Origin: a virus
Lineage: Duplodnaviria; Caudoviricetes
Direction: 5' to 3' (one strand)
DNA: 64,000 nt
IMG/VR virus record: IMGVR_UViG_3300029305_004466
The notes under the pieces are model-generated. The model ran no database searches. It saw only the letters and a list, made by a program, of their open reading frames with translations, and was not told where the DNA came from. This document shows, in pieces, positions 1 through 9,435 of this stretch. A program made the position numbers and the translations under genes. How positions within the stretch are numbered: the stretch's first letter is position 1; each line of letters starts with the position of its first letter.

Positions 1-2
1 AA

Positions 3-284
3 GGACAGGAAATTTTCTATATAAAAATAAATAAAGTTCTGGGTACTAAAGATTTTTACGCTTTAAAGATAAGAACAATATATCCAAGAATGATAGTAGC
101 TTGTGAAGAAGGTAAAGCTGTACAATGCATTGGGTATGATACTAAGGATAAAATCTTTACAAGTAGGTCTATCGCAAGACAAGAATATAATAAAATTGAA
201 ATCTCGCCTAGATTTACACCAAAGCTTAAATTAGAAGAGGAGGTTGAAGAAGAAAATGAAGAAAGTAAAGATACTGATAGTTGA
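3..284 (+). CDS. Hypothetical protein, 5'-partial
   Basis: Frame of ORF 90..284 is open back to the window edge. Confidence 0.6.
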   Translation, partial: GQEIFYIKINKVLGTKDFYALKIRTIYPRMIVACEEGKAVQCIGYDTKDKIFTSRSIARQEYNKIEISPRFTPKLKLEEEVEEENEESKDTDS

Positions 285-1044
285 TGATAACAACTACAAG
301 TCTAAAAAATTGGAAGAAACTCTTAATGCATTCGAAGAATTCGATGTTTATAATAGAGTTGAGGATGGCGTAACAGCATTAGATAGTATTAAAGCTACCG
401 AACCAGATGTTGTACTGTTAGATTTAATTTTACCAAAGGTGGATGGTTTAGATTTAATAAAAATCGTAAAAGAAGATGATACAATAACCAAAAAGCCTAT
501 TCTTATTGTAGTTACCAATGTTGAAAGACAGGATTTTGTATCTATGGCACTTAATTTTGGTGCTGATTATTATATGATAAATCCGTCTCATTCTACTATA
601 ATTGATAAGATAAGACAGTTAATATCTATCAAAAATATGACATTTAACAGTGCAAATGTTTTAGTGAATCATACTCCGGCTCCAAATAATGATATATATG
701 TAATGGTTACAAGTGTTTTGCGTGAAATAGGTGTTCCTGCTCATCTTAAAGGATACAACTATTTAAGAGATTGCATTGTAGACTTATTAAAAACAAATGA
801 ACAGGTGCATCTGGTTAAACAACTGTATCCTGACATTGCTAAGAAATATAAGGCAAATTTTGCTCAAGTAGAACGTTCTATACGTCATGCAATTGAAGTT
901 ACTTGGAAAAAGGGAGACAATGAAAAGTTAAATGCAATGTTTGGTTTTGTTATAGACCAATATAAGAGTAGACCTACAAACTCCGCATTCATTAAAACTT
1001 TGGTAGACAATATTAGATTACAGAATTTACAGGAGGTATCATGA
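256..1044 (+). CDS. spo0A: Spo0A-like response regulator (receiver + Spo0A C-terminal DNA-binding domain)
   Basis: ILIVDDN and DVVLLDLILP receiver motifs; EIGVPAHLKGYNYLR, LYPDIAKKY, VERSIRHAIE, PTNS motifs of Spo0A_C; ATG at 256 downstream of GAGGAGG. Confidence 0.93.
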   Translation: MKKVKILIVDDNNYKSKKLEETLNAFEEFDVYNRVEDGVTALDSIKATEPDVVLLDLILPKVDGLDLIKIVKEDDTITKKPILIVVTNVERQDFVSMALNFGADYYMINPSHSTIIDKIRQLISIKNMTFNSANVLVNHTPAPNNDIYVMVTSVLREIGVPAHLKGYNYLRDCIVDLLKTNEQVHLVKQLYPDIAKKYKANFAQVERSIRHAIEVTWKKGDNEKLNAMFGFVIDQYKSRPTNSAFIKTLVDNIRLQNLQEVS

Positions 1045-1610
1045 ATACATGGGCTAACGTAGGAGATTTGGTTTTTGTTTTAGGAAGAAATAATGAACCA
1101 GTCCCTTGTAAAGTTATAAATGAGTTGGGTACTGGTAGTAATACTCAGTTATTCTTTGAAATAATCGAAGATGACGATAAAAAGAAAGTGCCTAAAAACA
1201 GACTTAAGGCTTTTATTAATCAGGTTGGTTATGCAGGAGGATTTGTCTTTAAAGAAAAGCAGAATGCTTTAGATTACCTTGATTCTCTTGAAAAGAATAA
1301 TGGTAAATTTAATATGTCTTCTGTACTTACTAATAAGACAAAAAGAATTCAACAGAGAACTGCTCAAAAAACACGTTTTAATCCTGCCAATACCATTGAC
1401 CGAATTAGAGAAGAAGTAGCTCAGAATACGATTAATCAGGTTCAAAAAGTTATGATTTCTGCAATGTTAGTTGCATTGAATACAAAACTGGGTATTGGAC
1501 CGAAACGTGGTGCTGAAATAGTAGATGAGATTAATCGTCTTATCGAAGAAATTCCACGAGATGAACTGGTTAAAATGGCAGAAGAAAAGATGAAAATCAA
1601 AATAGGGTGA
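1041..1610 (+). CDS. Hypothetical protein
   Basis: AGGAGG RBS, ATGA overlap with spo0A. Confidence 0.8.
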   Translation: MNTWANVGDLVFVLGRNNEPVPCKVINELGTGSNTQLFFEIIEDDDKKKVPKNRLKAFINQVGYAGGFVFKEKQNALDYLDSLEKNNGKFNMSSVLTNKTKRIQQRTAQKTRFNPANTIDRIREEVAQNTINQVQKVMISAMLVALNTKLGIGPKRGAEIVDEINRLIEEIPRDELVKMAEEKMKIKIG

Positions 1611-2173
1611 TAATTATGTTTGATGATGATTATGAAGTACCTATTCCAGACCATTACACCTTCGTTTACGAAGATGAAAGCGAAGGTTGGTGGTTAAAAA
1701 TAAGTGACCCAGAAGTATTGTGTTATTATCATTTGCATGTAAACCACTGGAGTAAAGCACTTAAAGATTATTTGCACAATAATAATGCACATTATACAAA
1801 TAAGTTAACATATGCCATTGTAATGTATGCTGAAAAAAGAAATATTAGTTTTCTTGATGCCTTAGTTCAATTCAGGATGAAGGTATTCCACGAACAATAT
1901 ATGGCTATTAAAGAGTATGGAGCTATTTGTATTAACAAATCTGGAGGCTATCATGGAGTTAAGGAATACAGTCAATTTGTTAACAGGAAAGAAATGCTAT
2001 GGCCTGATTATAAACAGGATGACATTAAGATAACTCAGTTTCCGGGCGGAACTCATTGGTATGTCAGAATAAACGATTTTGAAGTACGTGAAAATGACAA
2101 AATCAAATGGGACACTTATGAAGAAGCATATGAAATCGCCAAGAAATTCATAAAGGAGAACGGTAATGATTAG
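1607..2173 (+). CDS. Hypothetical protein
   Basis: Coupled ORF, 188 aa. Confidence 0.75.
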   Translation: MIIMFDDDYEVPIPDHYTFVYEDESEGWWLKISDPEVLCYYHLHVNHWSKALKDYLHNNNAHYTNKLTYAIVMYAEKRNISFLDALVQFRMKVFHEQYMAIKEYGAICINKSGGYHGVKEYSQFVNRKEMLWPDYKQDDIKITQFPGGTHWYVRINDFEVRENDKIKWDTYEEAYEIAKKFIKENGND

Positions 2174-2321
2174 AGCTAGTTTTAAATGTGACCTAAGAAA
2201 TTGGTTTACAGGCTTTGAAGTATGGTTTCCTGAAGAGCATGGCGAAGATAAAGCATTAATTAGAATAGGGTTCTTATGTTTTCGTGTGCTCATTTTAATA
2301 AAAGGAGAAAGTAATGGATAA
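2166..2321 (+). CDS. Small hypothetical protein (51 aa), not in ORF track
   Basis: AAGGAG RBS, ATG at 2166, MIRASFKCDLRNW...; overlaps neighbours in operon fashion. Confidence 0.6.
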   Translation: MIRASFKCDLRNWFTGFEVWFPEEHGEDKALIRIGFLCFRVLILIKGESNG

Positions 2322-2478
2322 GCAGTGTAAGGAATTCATTGAAAAATGTGAAGCCAGTCATACAACAGTGGCTGTCTTTATTAGATTGGCTGGCATGTGG
2401 AGTCGGCTTAATTCAGACCAAAGAGGAGAAATTATTGACCACGAAATTGAAGCAGGACGCTTAGTAGTGGACAAATAA
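2314..2478 (+). CDS. Small hypothetical protein (54 aa), not in ORF track
   Basis: AAGGAG RBS, MDKQCKEFIEKC... Confidence 0.6.
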   Translation: MDKQCKEFIEKCEASHTTVAVFIRLAGMWSRLNSDQRGEIIDHEIEAGRLVVDK

Positions 2479-2488
2479 GGAGTTTATT

Positions 2489-2707
2489 ATGAAAGTAAAA
2501 GCAAAATTTAATGGAACTCTTGTTAAAAAAGGCGAAGTTTATTCTGTAATCAATATATTTGAGAAAAAGATAGCTCATACAGCTCCACCGATTATTGCTA
2601 TGTTTATAGTATATAAAAATCGTTTACTTGAGGTACAATGTACGGACATAAAGGATTTTAATAATCGTTGGGAATTTATCCAAAGGGAGGAACAAAATGA
2701 GGCTTGA
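2489..2707 (+). CDS. Hypothetical protein
   Basis: AAGGAG RBS. Confidence 0.7.
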   Translation: MKVKAKFNGTLVKKGEVYSVINIFEKKIAHTAPPIIAMFIVYKNRLLEVQCTDIKDFNNRWEFIQREEQNEA

Positions 2708-3116
2708 AAAAGAAGTAAATGGCATTAAACTTTATATCAACTTTCCAGTAGAAAAACTCTTAGAAGAGATTTCAAATCGAAGAGGAGATTGGATGGATAG
2801 TTATAATCAGGAAGTAGGAGAGGATTATGAAACCTACGCTGATATAAATCCTGATGACATTGCAAAGGACATTGATAAGTTAATCGAAAAGATTGCTTAT
2901 TATCAGACACCAAACGGCATTGACAAATTGTTTGATTTATTACCGTTAAAGAAAAACAATAAGTTAAATAAGGTTACAAAACCTATATTGCACTCTTTGA
3001 ATTATGGATATTATATCGAAGAATGCTATGGTTGGAAAACAACACAATTGCGTATGGCTGCACGTAATGAATTAGAAGCAGATGTATATCTGGATGATAC
3101 CATTATTCATTATTAG
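2697..3116 (+). CDS. Hypothetical protein
   Basis: GGGAGG RBS, overlapping ORF. Confidence 0.75.
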   Translation: MRLEKEVNGIKLYINFPVEKLLEEISNRRGDWMDSYNQEVGEDYETYADINPDDIAKDIDKLIEKIAYYQTPNGIDKLFDLLPLKKNNKLNKVTKPILHSLNYGYYIEECYGWKTTQLRMAARNELEADVYLDDTIIHY

Positions 3117-3127
3117 AAAGGTATTTT

Positions 3128-3529
3128 ATGAAAAAGCAACTTAATAACATCGCTGATGCTATTATTACAACCCTAAAAGCCAATGGATTTTCCATACACA
3201 GGTACGATGCTTACTCTACTAATAGTATCTATCTTAAACTTGATTATGGTGTATGTAACAGTATAAGAATTAGCGACCACATAGGAAAGCAACATTTAAA
3301 GTACAGATACAATGTTATCATTAATGGTAAGAACGAATTTGTACAAGATAAGTATCCGAGATATTATTACAATCAAGATTCACTAAATGAGTTGTTGTCT
3401 AAAATTATCTTGGATAGAGAGCAGAAAGTATCGAAGTATGGACCAGTCGCATATGATAGGTATATGAGACAAAATAATCAACAATCACACGATAAGAAAG
3501 GTTTCTGGGCTCAAGCAAAATTGATATAA
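3128..3529 (+). CDS. Hypothetical phage protein (SIRISDH motif)
   Basis: GAAAGG RBS; 133 aa. Confidence 0.75.
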   Translation: MKKQLNNIADAIITTLKANGFSIHRYDAYSTNSIYLKLDYGVCNSIRISDHIGKQHLKYRYNVIINGKNEFVQDKYPRYYYNQDSLNELLSKIILDREQKVSKYGPVAYDRYMRQNNQQSHDKKGFWAQAKLI

Positions 3530-3543
3530 TAAGGAGAAAAATT

Positions 3544-3777
3544 ATGATAGAAAATTTGAAAGTCCAGTTACCAGTAAACAAAGAACTTCACCATCATGCA
3601 TTATACAACAATAAAGACAATACCCACCTTGGACTCATTGATATGAATAAAGATAAAGAATTAATTGATGAGTTAATGCAGGGCAAGGAAATTTCTTATT
3701 GCAAAGTAGAAATGGAAAATGGTAGAATAATTAAGGTCTTAGACCACATTACAGAAAAAGAATTTTTGGAGGGTTAA
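3544..3777 (+). CDS. Hypothetical protein
   Basis: AAGGAG RBS. Confidence 0.7.
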   Translation: MIENLKVQLPVNKELHHHALYNNKDNTHLGLIDMNKDKELIDELMQGKEISYCKVEMENGRIIKVLDHITEKEFLEG

Positions 3778-3780
3778 TTT

Positions 3781-4323
3781 ATGCCTAAAGTAGTAGCAAG
3801 ATTTGAAAAGGTATCCTTGGAGCAATTCAGTAAAGACTTGACAGCAGCGATTGAAGAAGGAAAACTTCTGAGAACACAGGCTACCGAAACAGCATTGGCT
3901 CATTTAGAAGCTACGTACAATGAAATTGTTTTACCTCACAGAAAGACAAAGGGTGCAGGTGGACATGATTTCATTGCACCATTTGATATTATCATCAATC
4001 CGGGACAGACAGCTGTTATTCCTACAGGAATCAGATGTATGATTGATGAAGGTTATACTCTTGATTTATTCCCTAGAAGTGGTCAGGGATTCAAATTCAG
4101 ATTAAGACTTAATAATACTGTTGGCATCATTGATGAGGATTATTATTTCTCTGATAATGAAGGTCACATTATGGTTAAGCTTTCTAACGAAGGCGATAAA
4201 GTATTCGAATGCCAGAAGGGTACGGGCTTCTGTCAGGGATTATTCCATGAATACTGTATTGCTGAAGGTAATGAAGACCCAGAAGCAACAAGAAATGGCG
4301 GTATGGGTAGTACAGGAATGTAA
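3781..4323 (+). CDS. dut: Trimeric dUTPase
   Basis: Motifs GGHDF, PRSG, GIIDEDY, FCQG, RNGGMGSTG. Confidence 0.95.
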   Translation: MPKVVARFEKVSLEQFSKDLTAAIEEGKLLRTQATETALAHLEATYNEIVLPHRKTKGAGGHDFIAPFDIIINPGQTAVIPTGIRCMIDEGYTLDLFPRSGQGFKFRLRLNNTVGIIDEDYYFSDNEGHIMVKLSNEGDKVFECQKGTGFCQGLFHEYCIAEGNEDPEATRNGGMGSTGM

Positions 4324-4330
4324 CAGACTT

Positions 4331-4360
4331 AGGGAGTCCGAAAGGACTCCCTTAATTTAT
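4331..4360 (+). terminator. Rho-independent terminator after dut
   Basis: AGGGAGTCC-GAAA-GGACTCCCT hairpin followed by a T-rich tract. Confidence 0.75.
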
Positions 4361-4373
4361 GATGTGTTCCATC

Positions 4374-4402
4374 TTGTAAAAAATATGTTTACAACTTATA
4401 AT
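4374..4402 (+). promoter_or_regulatory. SigA-type promoter of nrdDG with overlapping inverted repeat
   Basis: TTGTAA-17-TATAAT; TTGTAAA/TTTACAA inverted repeat at 4374-4394. Confidence 0.6.
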
Positions 4403-4440
4403 AGTTTTTACCAGAAAAGAATTAGAAAGGAAAAAATTTT

Positions 4441-6774
4441 ATGGAAAAACTAGTAGTCGCTAAAAGAGATGGAAGAATTGTTGATTTTGACCAATATAAA
4501 ATCAGAGATGCAATTCTTAAAGCTTTTAAGGAGGTTGATAAACAAATAACCTCTGAAACGATACAAAAGGCGAACAACATAGTAAGTAGTGTTGTGAAGC
4601 AGTTGGAAACATATGATAAAGTTTCTGTAGAAGAAATACAGGATAAGGTTGAAATTTCTTTAATGAGAACCAACAGAAAAGATGTAGCTAAAGCTTACAT
4701 TATTTACAGAAACAAAAGAACAGAAGTAAGACAAAGAAATACTAAATTATCTAAAGCAATCTCTGAAAAGATAAAAGCATCTAATGTAGAAAATCAAAAT
4801 GCCAACGTAGATGAAAAATCTTTTGGTGGTAGAATGGGAGCTGTTAATAGCGAAGTACTGAAAGATTATGCACTTAACAACTGTATGTCTATAAAAGCAA
4901 GAACAAATCATTTGAGAAATAGAATTTATACTCATGATTTGGACCACTATGCTGCTGGCGACCATAATTGCTTATCCGTTCCTTTGGATAAAGTATTGAA
5001 AGGTTTTAACACAAGACAGACAGATGTAAGAGGTGCAAATTCCGCTAGTACTGCATGTCAATTGATTGCAGTTGTTTTCCAGCTTCAAAGCTTACAACAG
5101 TTTGGCGGTGTATCAGCAACCCATTTAGACTGGACATTAGTTCCATATGTAAGAAAATCTTTCTTCAAACATTATGTTGTTATGTATTTAAAATCAACAC
5201 CAGACTTCTTGGTTTTAGACCTTATGGGTATGTTATTTGATAATTATGAAGACAAAGTTGGTATTATCAGAAACAGATTCGATGACTGGGTTGAAGAAAA
5301 TAAGCAAAGATTCTTAGACAAGTTTGGCTTAAAAGAAGAAGATTTCTACTTTGGAAATGAAAATCTGGATAGAACATTTTATCAAAGTGCTCTGTACGAT
5401 ACCATTGTTGAAGTTAAACAGGCAGTCGAAGCTATGTATCATAATCTGAATACGCTTCAGTCAAGAAGCGGTAATCAGTTACCGTTTACTTCAATTAACT
5501 ATGGTACTTGTACTAGTCCAGAAGGAAGACTGATAATAAAAGCGTTACTTGACGGTTCTATTAAGGGAACTGGTAAGTTACATAGAACATCAATCTTCCC
5601 TTGTGGTATCTTCCAATGTATGAGAGGCGTTAATCGTAAACCGGGAGACCCAAACTATGACCTGTATAGACTTGCGTTAAGGTCTACAGCTCAGAGATTA
5701 TATCCGAATTACGCTAACGTAGATTGGTCAGGTAATGCGGGTTATGATAGAAATGACCCAAGAACATATTTCAGCACCATGGGCTGCCGTACAGCAAATG
5801 GTTGGGATGTCAATGGTTTAGGACAGTTAAAGGACGGTAGAGGTAATATTTGTCCAGTAACTATTATTATGCCTACATTGGCTATGGAAGCTAAGAACAT
5901 GGAATCTTCAGTAGATGATGAATGGCGTGTTAAGAACTTCTTAGACATCCTGAATGAAGCTATTCATGATGCAAAAGACATTTTAATCGAAAGATTCGAA
6001 TGGATTTGTAGTCAATCCCCAGACTCAGCTAAATTCATGTATGAAAATGGTTTAATGGAAGGTTATATTCCAGAAGAAGGTATTCGTTCAGCTCTTAAGC
6101 ACGGTACGCTTGCAATTGGTCAGTTAGGTTTAGCTGAAACTCTTCAAATCTTAATTGGTTGTAACCATACTACAGCTAAGGGTATGGAAGTGGCAAAACA
6201 GATTGAAAGCTTATTTAAGACAAGATGTGCTGAATTTAAAGAGTTGTATAAATTAAACTTTGGTGTATATTACACTCCAGCAGAAAACTTATGTCATACT
6301 GCTATGAAGAAGTTTAAAGCAGAATATGGAGAAATTCCAAATGTATCTGATAAATCCTTCTTTACTAACTCAATGCATGTACCAGTATGGGAAAAGATGA
6401 CTCCATTCCAAAAGATTGACATTGAATCTCAATTAACTGGATACAGTTCAGCAGGTTGTATCACTTATGTTGAACTTGAATCAAGCATCAAGAACAACAT
6501 TGACGCATTAGAAACTATCGTTAACTATGCTATGGACCATGATATTCCTTATTTTGCTGTTAACGTGCCAAATGATATGTGTACAAATTGTGGATACACT
6601 GATGAAATTGGTGATGAATGTCCTATATGTGGTTGCAAAGAAATAAAAAGATTACGCAGAGTAACTGGTTATCTTACTGGCGACTACGAAGAGGCATTTA
6701 ACGAAGGCAAACAGGATGAGGTAAGACATCGTGTTAAGCATGGCATTGAGATTAATTTTAAGGAGCTTGAATGA
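4441..6774 (+). CDS. nrdD: Anaerobic (class III) ribonucleoside-triphosphate reductase with ATP cone
   Basis: N-terminal ATP cone (VAKRDGRIVDFD), HDLD, TMGCRT, TPAENL, CxxC..CxxC Zn site, RRVTGYL glycyl-radical motif. Confidence 0.97.
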   Translation: MEKLVVAKRDGRIVDFDQYKIRDAILKAFKEVDKQITSETIQKANNIVSSVVKQLETYDKVSVEEIQDKVEISLMRTNRKDVAKAYIIYRNKRTEVRQRNTKLSKAISEKIKASNVENQNANVDEKSFGGRMGAVNSEVLKDYALNNCMSIKARTNHLRNRIYTHDLDHYAAGDHNCLSVPLDKVLKGFNTRQTDVRGANSASTACQLIAVVFQLQSLQQFGGVSATHLDWTLVPYVRKSFFKHYVVMYLKSTPDFLVLDLMGMLFDNYEDKVGIIRNRFDDWVEENKQRFLDKFGLKEEDFYFGNENLDRTFYQSALYDTIVEVKQAVEAMYHNLNTLQSRSGNQLPFTSINYGTCTSPEGRLIIKALLDGSIKGTGKLHRTSIFPCGIFQCMRGVNRKPGDPNYDLYRLALRSTAQRLYPNYANVDWSGNAGYDRNDPRTYFSTMGCRTANGWDVNGLGQLKDGRGNICPVTIIMPTLAMEAKNMESSVDDEWRVKNFLDILNEAIHDAKDILIERFEWICSQSPDSAKFMYENGLMEGYIPEEGIRSALKHGTLAIGQLGLAETLQILIGCNHTTAKGMEVAKQIESLFKTRCAEFKELYKLNFGVYYTPAENLCHTAMKKFKAEYGEIPNVSDKSFFTNSMHVPVWEKMTPFQKIDIESQLTGYSSAGCITYVELESSIKNNIDALETIVNYAMDHDIPYFAVNVPNDMCTNCGYTDEIGDECPICGCKEIKRLRRVTGYLTGDYEEAFNEGKQDEVRHRVKHGIEINFKELE

Positions 6775-7325
6775 GATATGCAAGTATAGAAGCAGAAGTG
6801 GTAAATGGAAATGATTATGGTATAAGTTTATACGTACAGGGTTGTCATTTCCATTGCCAAGGCTGTTTTAATCAAAAGACTTGGGATTTTAACGGTGGTG
6901 AAGAATGGACCGAAAATGTAAAAGAAGGTTTCTTCACCCACGTTAATAATTCTTATGTTAAAAGGATTACTATACTTGGCGGAGAACCATTAGCAGATGA
7001 AAATTTAGATGATGTGTTATCTTTAATCGAAGAAATCCATAAACGGTTTCCAGATAAAAAGATATGGTTATATACTGGGTATACTTGGAATGAACTTGTA
7101 TACCCAGTAGTTCCGCCTATGTTTAGTCTTAAAGAATATGAGTGCTTAAAGAAACGTAAAAATATCGTTTCTTTGTGTGATGTGCTCATAGATGGTCGTT
7201 TTGAAGAAGATAAAAAAGACCTCACATTGCAGTTCAGAGGCAGTTCAAATCAACGTTTAATTGACGTTCAAAAGACTCTGAACGATAACAATAAAATAGT
7301 CCTATGGACGGATAGAGGAAAATAA
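6771..7325 (+). CDS. nrdG: Anaerobic RNR activating protein (radical SAM)
   Basis: GCHFHCQGCFN, LGGEP, DGRF, FRGSSNQR; follows nrdD. Confidence 0.96.
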   Translation: MRYASIEAEVVNGNDYGISLYVQGCHFHCQGCFNQKTWDFNGGEEWTENVKEGFFTHVNNSYVKRITILGGEPLADENLDDVLSLIEEIHKRFPDKKIWLYTGYTWNELVYPVVPPMFSLKEYECLKKRKNIVSLCDVLIDGRFEEDKKDLTLQFRGSSNQRLIDVQKTLNDNNKIVLWTDRGK

Positions 7326-7326
7326 C

Positions 7327-7506
7327 ATGCTAGATAAGCAAGAGATGGAAATCATTGTGAATATGATATGTGAAAAACAAACTTCGCTTATCAAAAAGCA
7401 CAAATATGATTCTGAAGAGTATATAAAGCTGGAGCAAATAAAGGTAAAATTGAGAGATGCGTTAACTGAAATAAGGATGAGTACCCCAATTAACCCGTTT
7501 GCATAG
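7327..7506 (+). CDS. Small hypothetical protein (59 aa), not in ORF track
   Basis: AGAGG RBS, MLDKQEMEIIV... Confidence 0.6.
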   Translation: MLDKQEMEIIVNMICEKQTSLIKKHKYDSEEYIKLEQIKVKLRDALTEIRMSTPINPFA

Positions 7507-7513
7507 CTTTTTT

Positions 7514-7528
7514 AATCCCTTCGGGATT
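7514..7528. promoter_or_regulatory. Recurrent mini-hairpin AATCCC-TTC-GGGATT (copy 1)
   Basis: Identical 15-mer at 29877; related copies at 13811 and 42108; all intergenic. Confidence 0.55.
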
Positions 7529-7562
7529 TTACTAGTTCTTAATACACTATTTTTACATTAAT

Positions 7563-7591
7563 TTTACACTAAATGAAGATTATGCTATACT
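7563..7591 (+). promoter_or_regulatory. SigA-type extended -10 promoter
   Basis: TTTACA-17-TATACT with TGn extension. Confidence 0.6.
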
Positions 7592-7623
7592 TACTATATA
7601 AAAATATAGGAAGGATGATAGCT

Positions 7624-8481
7624 ATGTCTAGTGAATCCAAAAGACAAGCAATTGTTGACAAAGGATTATCACGTAAGGGTAAAAACCAATATACCCAAGG
7701 TTCCAAGCGTACTCAGGTTGGTTCTGGTTATGGTGATTGCTCTTCAACTGTAAGATGGTGTTATCAACAGATTTTAGGAATTGATATTGGACTTAATACA
7801 GAAGCTCAAATCAAATCTAAGAAATTAAAAGATGTTGAAGTACCAATTAAAAATGGTGTACCAGATGAATCTTATCTCAGAAAAGCGGATTTATTGTATT
7901 TTAGAGGTAATGATACATCAAGAACTAAGGGCGTTGGTCACGTTGAAATGTATATAGGAAATGGTAAACTCCTTGGGCATGGAGGCGGTACTGGACCAAC
8001 AGAGAAGAAACTGGTAGGCTATTGCCAATCAATGCAAGGTACTAAATGTAATAATGGAAACAGAGGATTAATATGTGTTAGAAGAGCTATTGAAGATGAT
8101 GATAATAGCAAACCAAGCACACCTACTGTTAATACAGATAAGAAGGTTGAAAATGATGAAGACTTCTATACTGTAAAACCAAAAGATACTTTAGGTAAAA
8201 TTGCAAAGCAGTTTAAAACAACTGTAGACGAGCTCGCAAGAATTAACAACATCAAAAATAAAGATTTAATATACATAGGTCAAAAGATTCGTATCGTAGA
8301 TTATTCAACATTATTATCTGGATACAAGGGTCATTCGATTGTTGATGGGTTCCGTTTCAAGAAATTAGATTCATCTTTCAGTAACAGAAAGAAGTATGCT
8401 GAAAAAGTTGGAATCAAGAATTATGAAGGAACAGCATCACAGAACATAGAGTTGTTAAATCTCTTAGGAGCAAATAAGTAA
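7624..8481 (+). CDS. Cell-wall hydrolase: NlpC/P60 + LysM + DUF3597-like C-terminal domain
   Basis: GDCSS catalytic Cys, GHVEMY His, LysM YTVKPKDTLGKIA..LIYIGQKI, SIVD..DSSFSNRK..GTASQN; start ATG 7624 after the promoter and RBS. Confidence 0.88.
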   Translation: MSSESKRQAIVDKGLSRKGKNQYTQGSKRTQVGSGYGDCSSTVRWCYQQILGIDIGLNTEAQIKSKKLKDVEVPIKNGVPDESYLRKADLLYFRGNDTSRTKGVGHVEMYIGNGKLLGHGGGTGPTEKKLVGYCQSMQGTKCNNGNRGLICVRRAIEDDDNSKPSTPTVNTDKKVENDEDFYTVKPKDTLGKIAKQFKTTVDELARINNIKNKDLIYIGQKIRIVDYSTLLSGYKGHSIVDGFRFKKLDSSFSNRKKYAEKVGIKNYEGTASQNIELLNLLGANK

Positions 8482-8537
8482 TAACACACCTTTATAGGGT
8501 GTTAAATATTTTTTCAAAGAAAAAGGAGAAAAGTACA

Positions 8538-9194
8538 ATGGAAACAACAAAAAACACAAACCCAATCGAGAACAATGTAGTAACCCTTACAGGCGAAATC
8601 GTATCTGAAGGCAGATTCAGTCATGATGTGTTCGGTGAAAAGTTTTACATCTATGACGTTAATGTTGCCAGATTAAGCGAACAGACTGATATTCTTCCTG
8701 TAACCATTTCTGAAAGATTATTAAATCTTGATGATTTAGCTATCGGTTCTAAGATTGCAGTAACCGGACAGTTCCGTTCTTACAACAAGCACGAAGAATC
8801 ATTCAACCGTCTCATTCTTTCCGTGTTTGCACGTACTGTTGACATCTTAACTGAGGAAACCGATGAAAAGGATGCTAACAGCGTAACTTTAAGAGGTTTT
8901 GTCTGCAAGAAACCAAGTTATCGCAAGACTCCATTAGGAAGAGAAATTTCTGATGTATTATTAGCGGTTAATCGTCCATATGGTAAGAGCGATTATATTC
9001 CATGTATCTGCTGGGGTAGAAACGCCAGATTTGCTGATAACTTTAATGTAGGCGATGAAGTTATCATGCATGGTAGAATTCAGAGCCGTACTTATGCTAA
9101 GAAGATTTCCGAAACAGAGACTGAAAACAGAACAGCATACGAAGTATCTGTATCTAAGATTGAGCTCTTAACAGAAAACTACGATGCAGAATAA
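8538..9194 (+). CDS. ssb: Tandem-OB single-stranded DNA-binding protein (clostridial SSB/PriB-like)
   Basis: Two OB repeats; YRKTPLGREISD, AVNRPYGKSDYIPCICWGRNA, GRIQSR; AAGGAG RBS before ATG 8538. Confidence 0.9.
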   Translation: METTKNTNPIENNVVTLTGEIVSEGRFSHDVFGEKFYIYDVNVARLSEQTDILPVTISERLLNLDDLAIGSKIAVTGQFRSYNKHEESFNRLILSVFARTVDILTEETDEKDANSVTLRGFVCKKPSYRKTPLGREISDVLLAVNRPYGKSDYIPCICWGRNARFADNFNVGDEVIMHGRIQSRTYAKKISETETENRTAYEVSVSKIELLTENYDAE

Positions 9195-9375
9195 GAACGA
9201 TGACGAAGAACGGATATGTTCTAAGTCACCTACAATTGATGTTGCTGTGCAACGTAATTTAGCAGAAACAGCTAAAACAATGAATCCAATGCTTACACAG
9301 GAAGAAGCTAAACAGATACTTCTTGTGTATGCAATGGCGATTGACAGAATCTTAAAGGAAAATGATTTAGAGTAA
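9184..9375 (+). CDS. Hypothetical protein
   Basis: Overlapping small ORF. Confidence 0.6.
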   Translation: MQNKNDDEERICSKSPTIDVAVQRNLAETAKTMNPMLTQEEAKQILLVYAMAIDRILKENDLE

Positions 9376-9381
9376 AGTTAT

Positions 9382-9416
9382 TACGGCTGTGTGAAAGCAC
9401 AGCCGTATAATTTCTC
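9382..9416 (+). terminator. Terminator-like hairpin
   Basis: TACGGCTGTG-TGAAAG-CACAGCCGTA, 10-bp stem, then T-rich. Confidence 0.7.
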
Positions 9417-9435
9417 TGTAGAAAGGAACGTTATC

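Noticed and set aside
4374-4394. Inverted repeat upstream of nrdD as an NrdR box
   Set aside because: Poor match to the NrdR consensus; kept only as an unspecified inverted repeat
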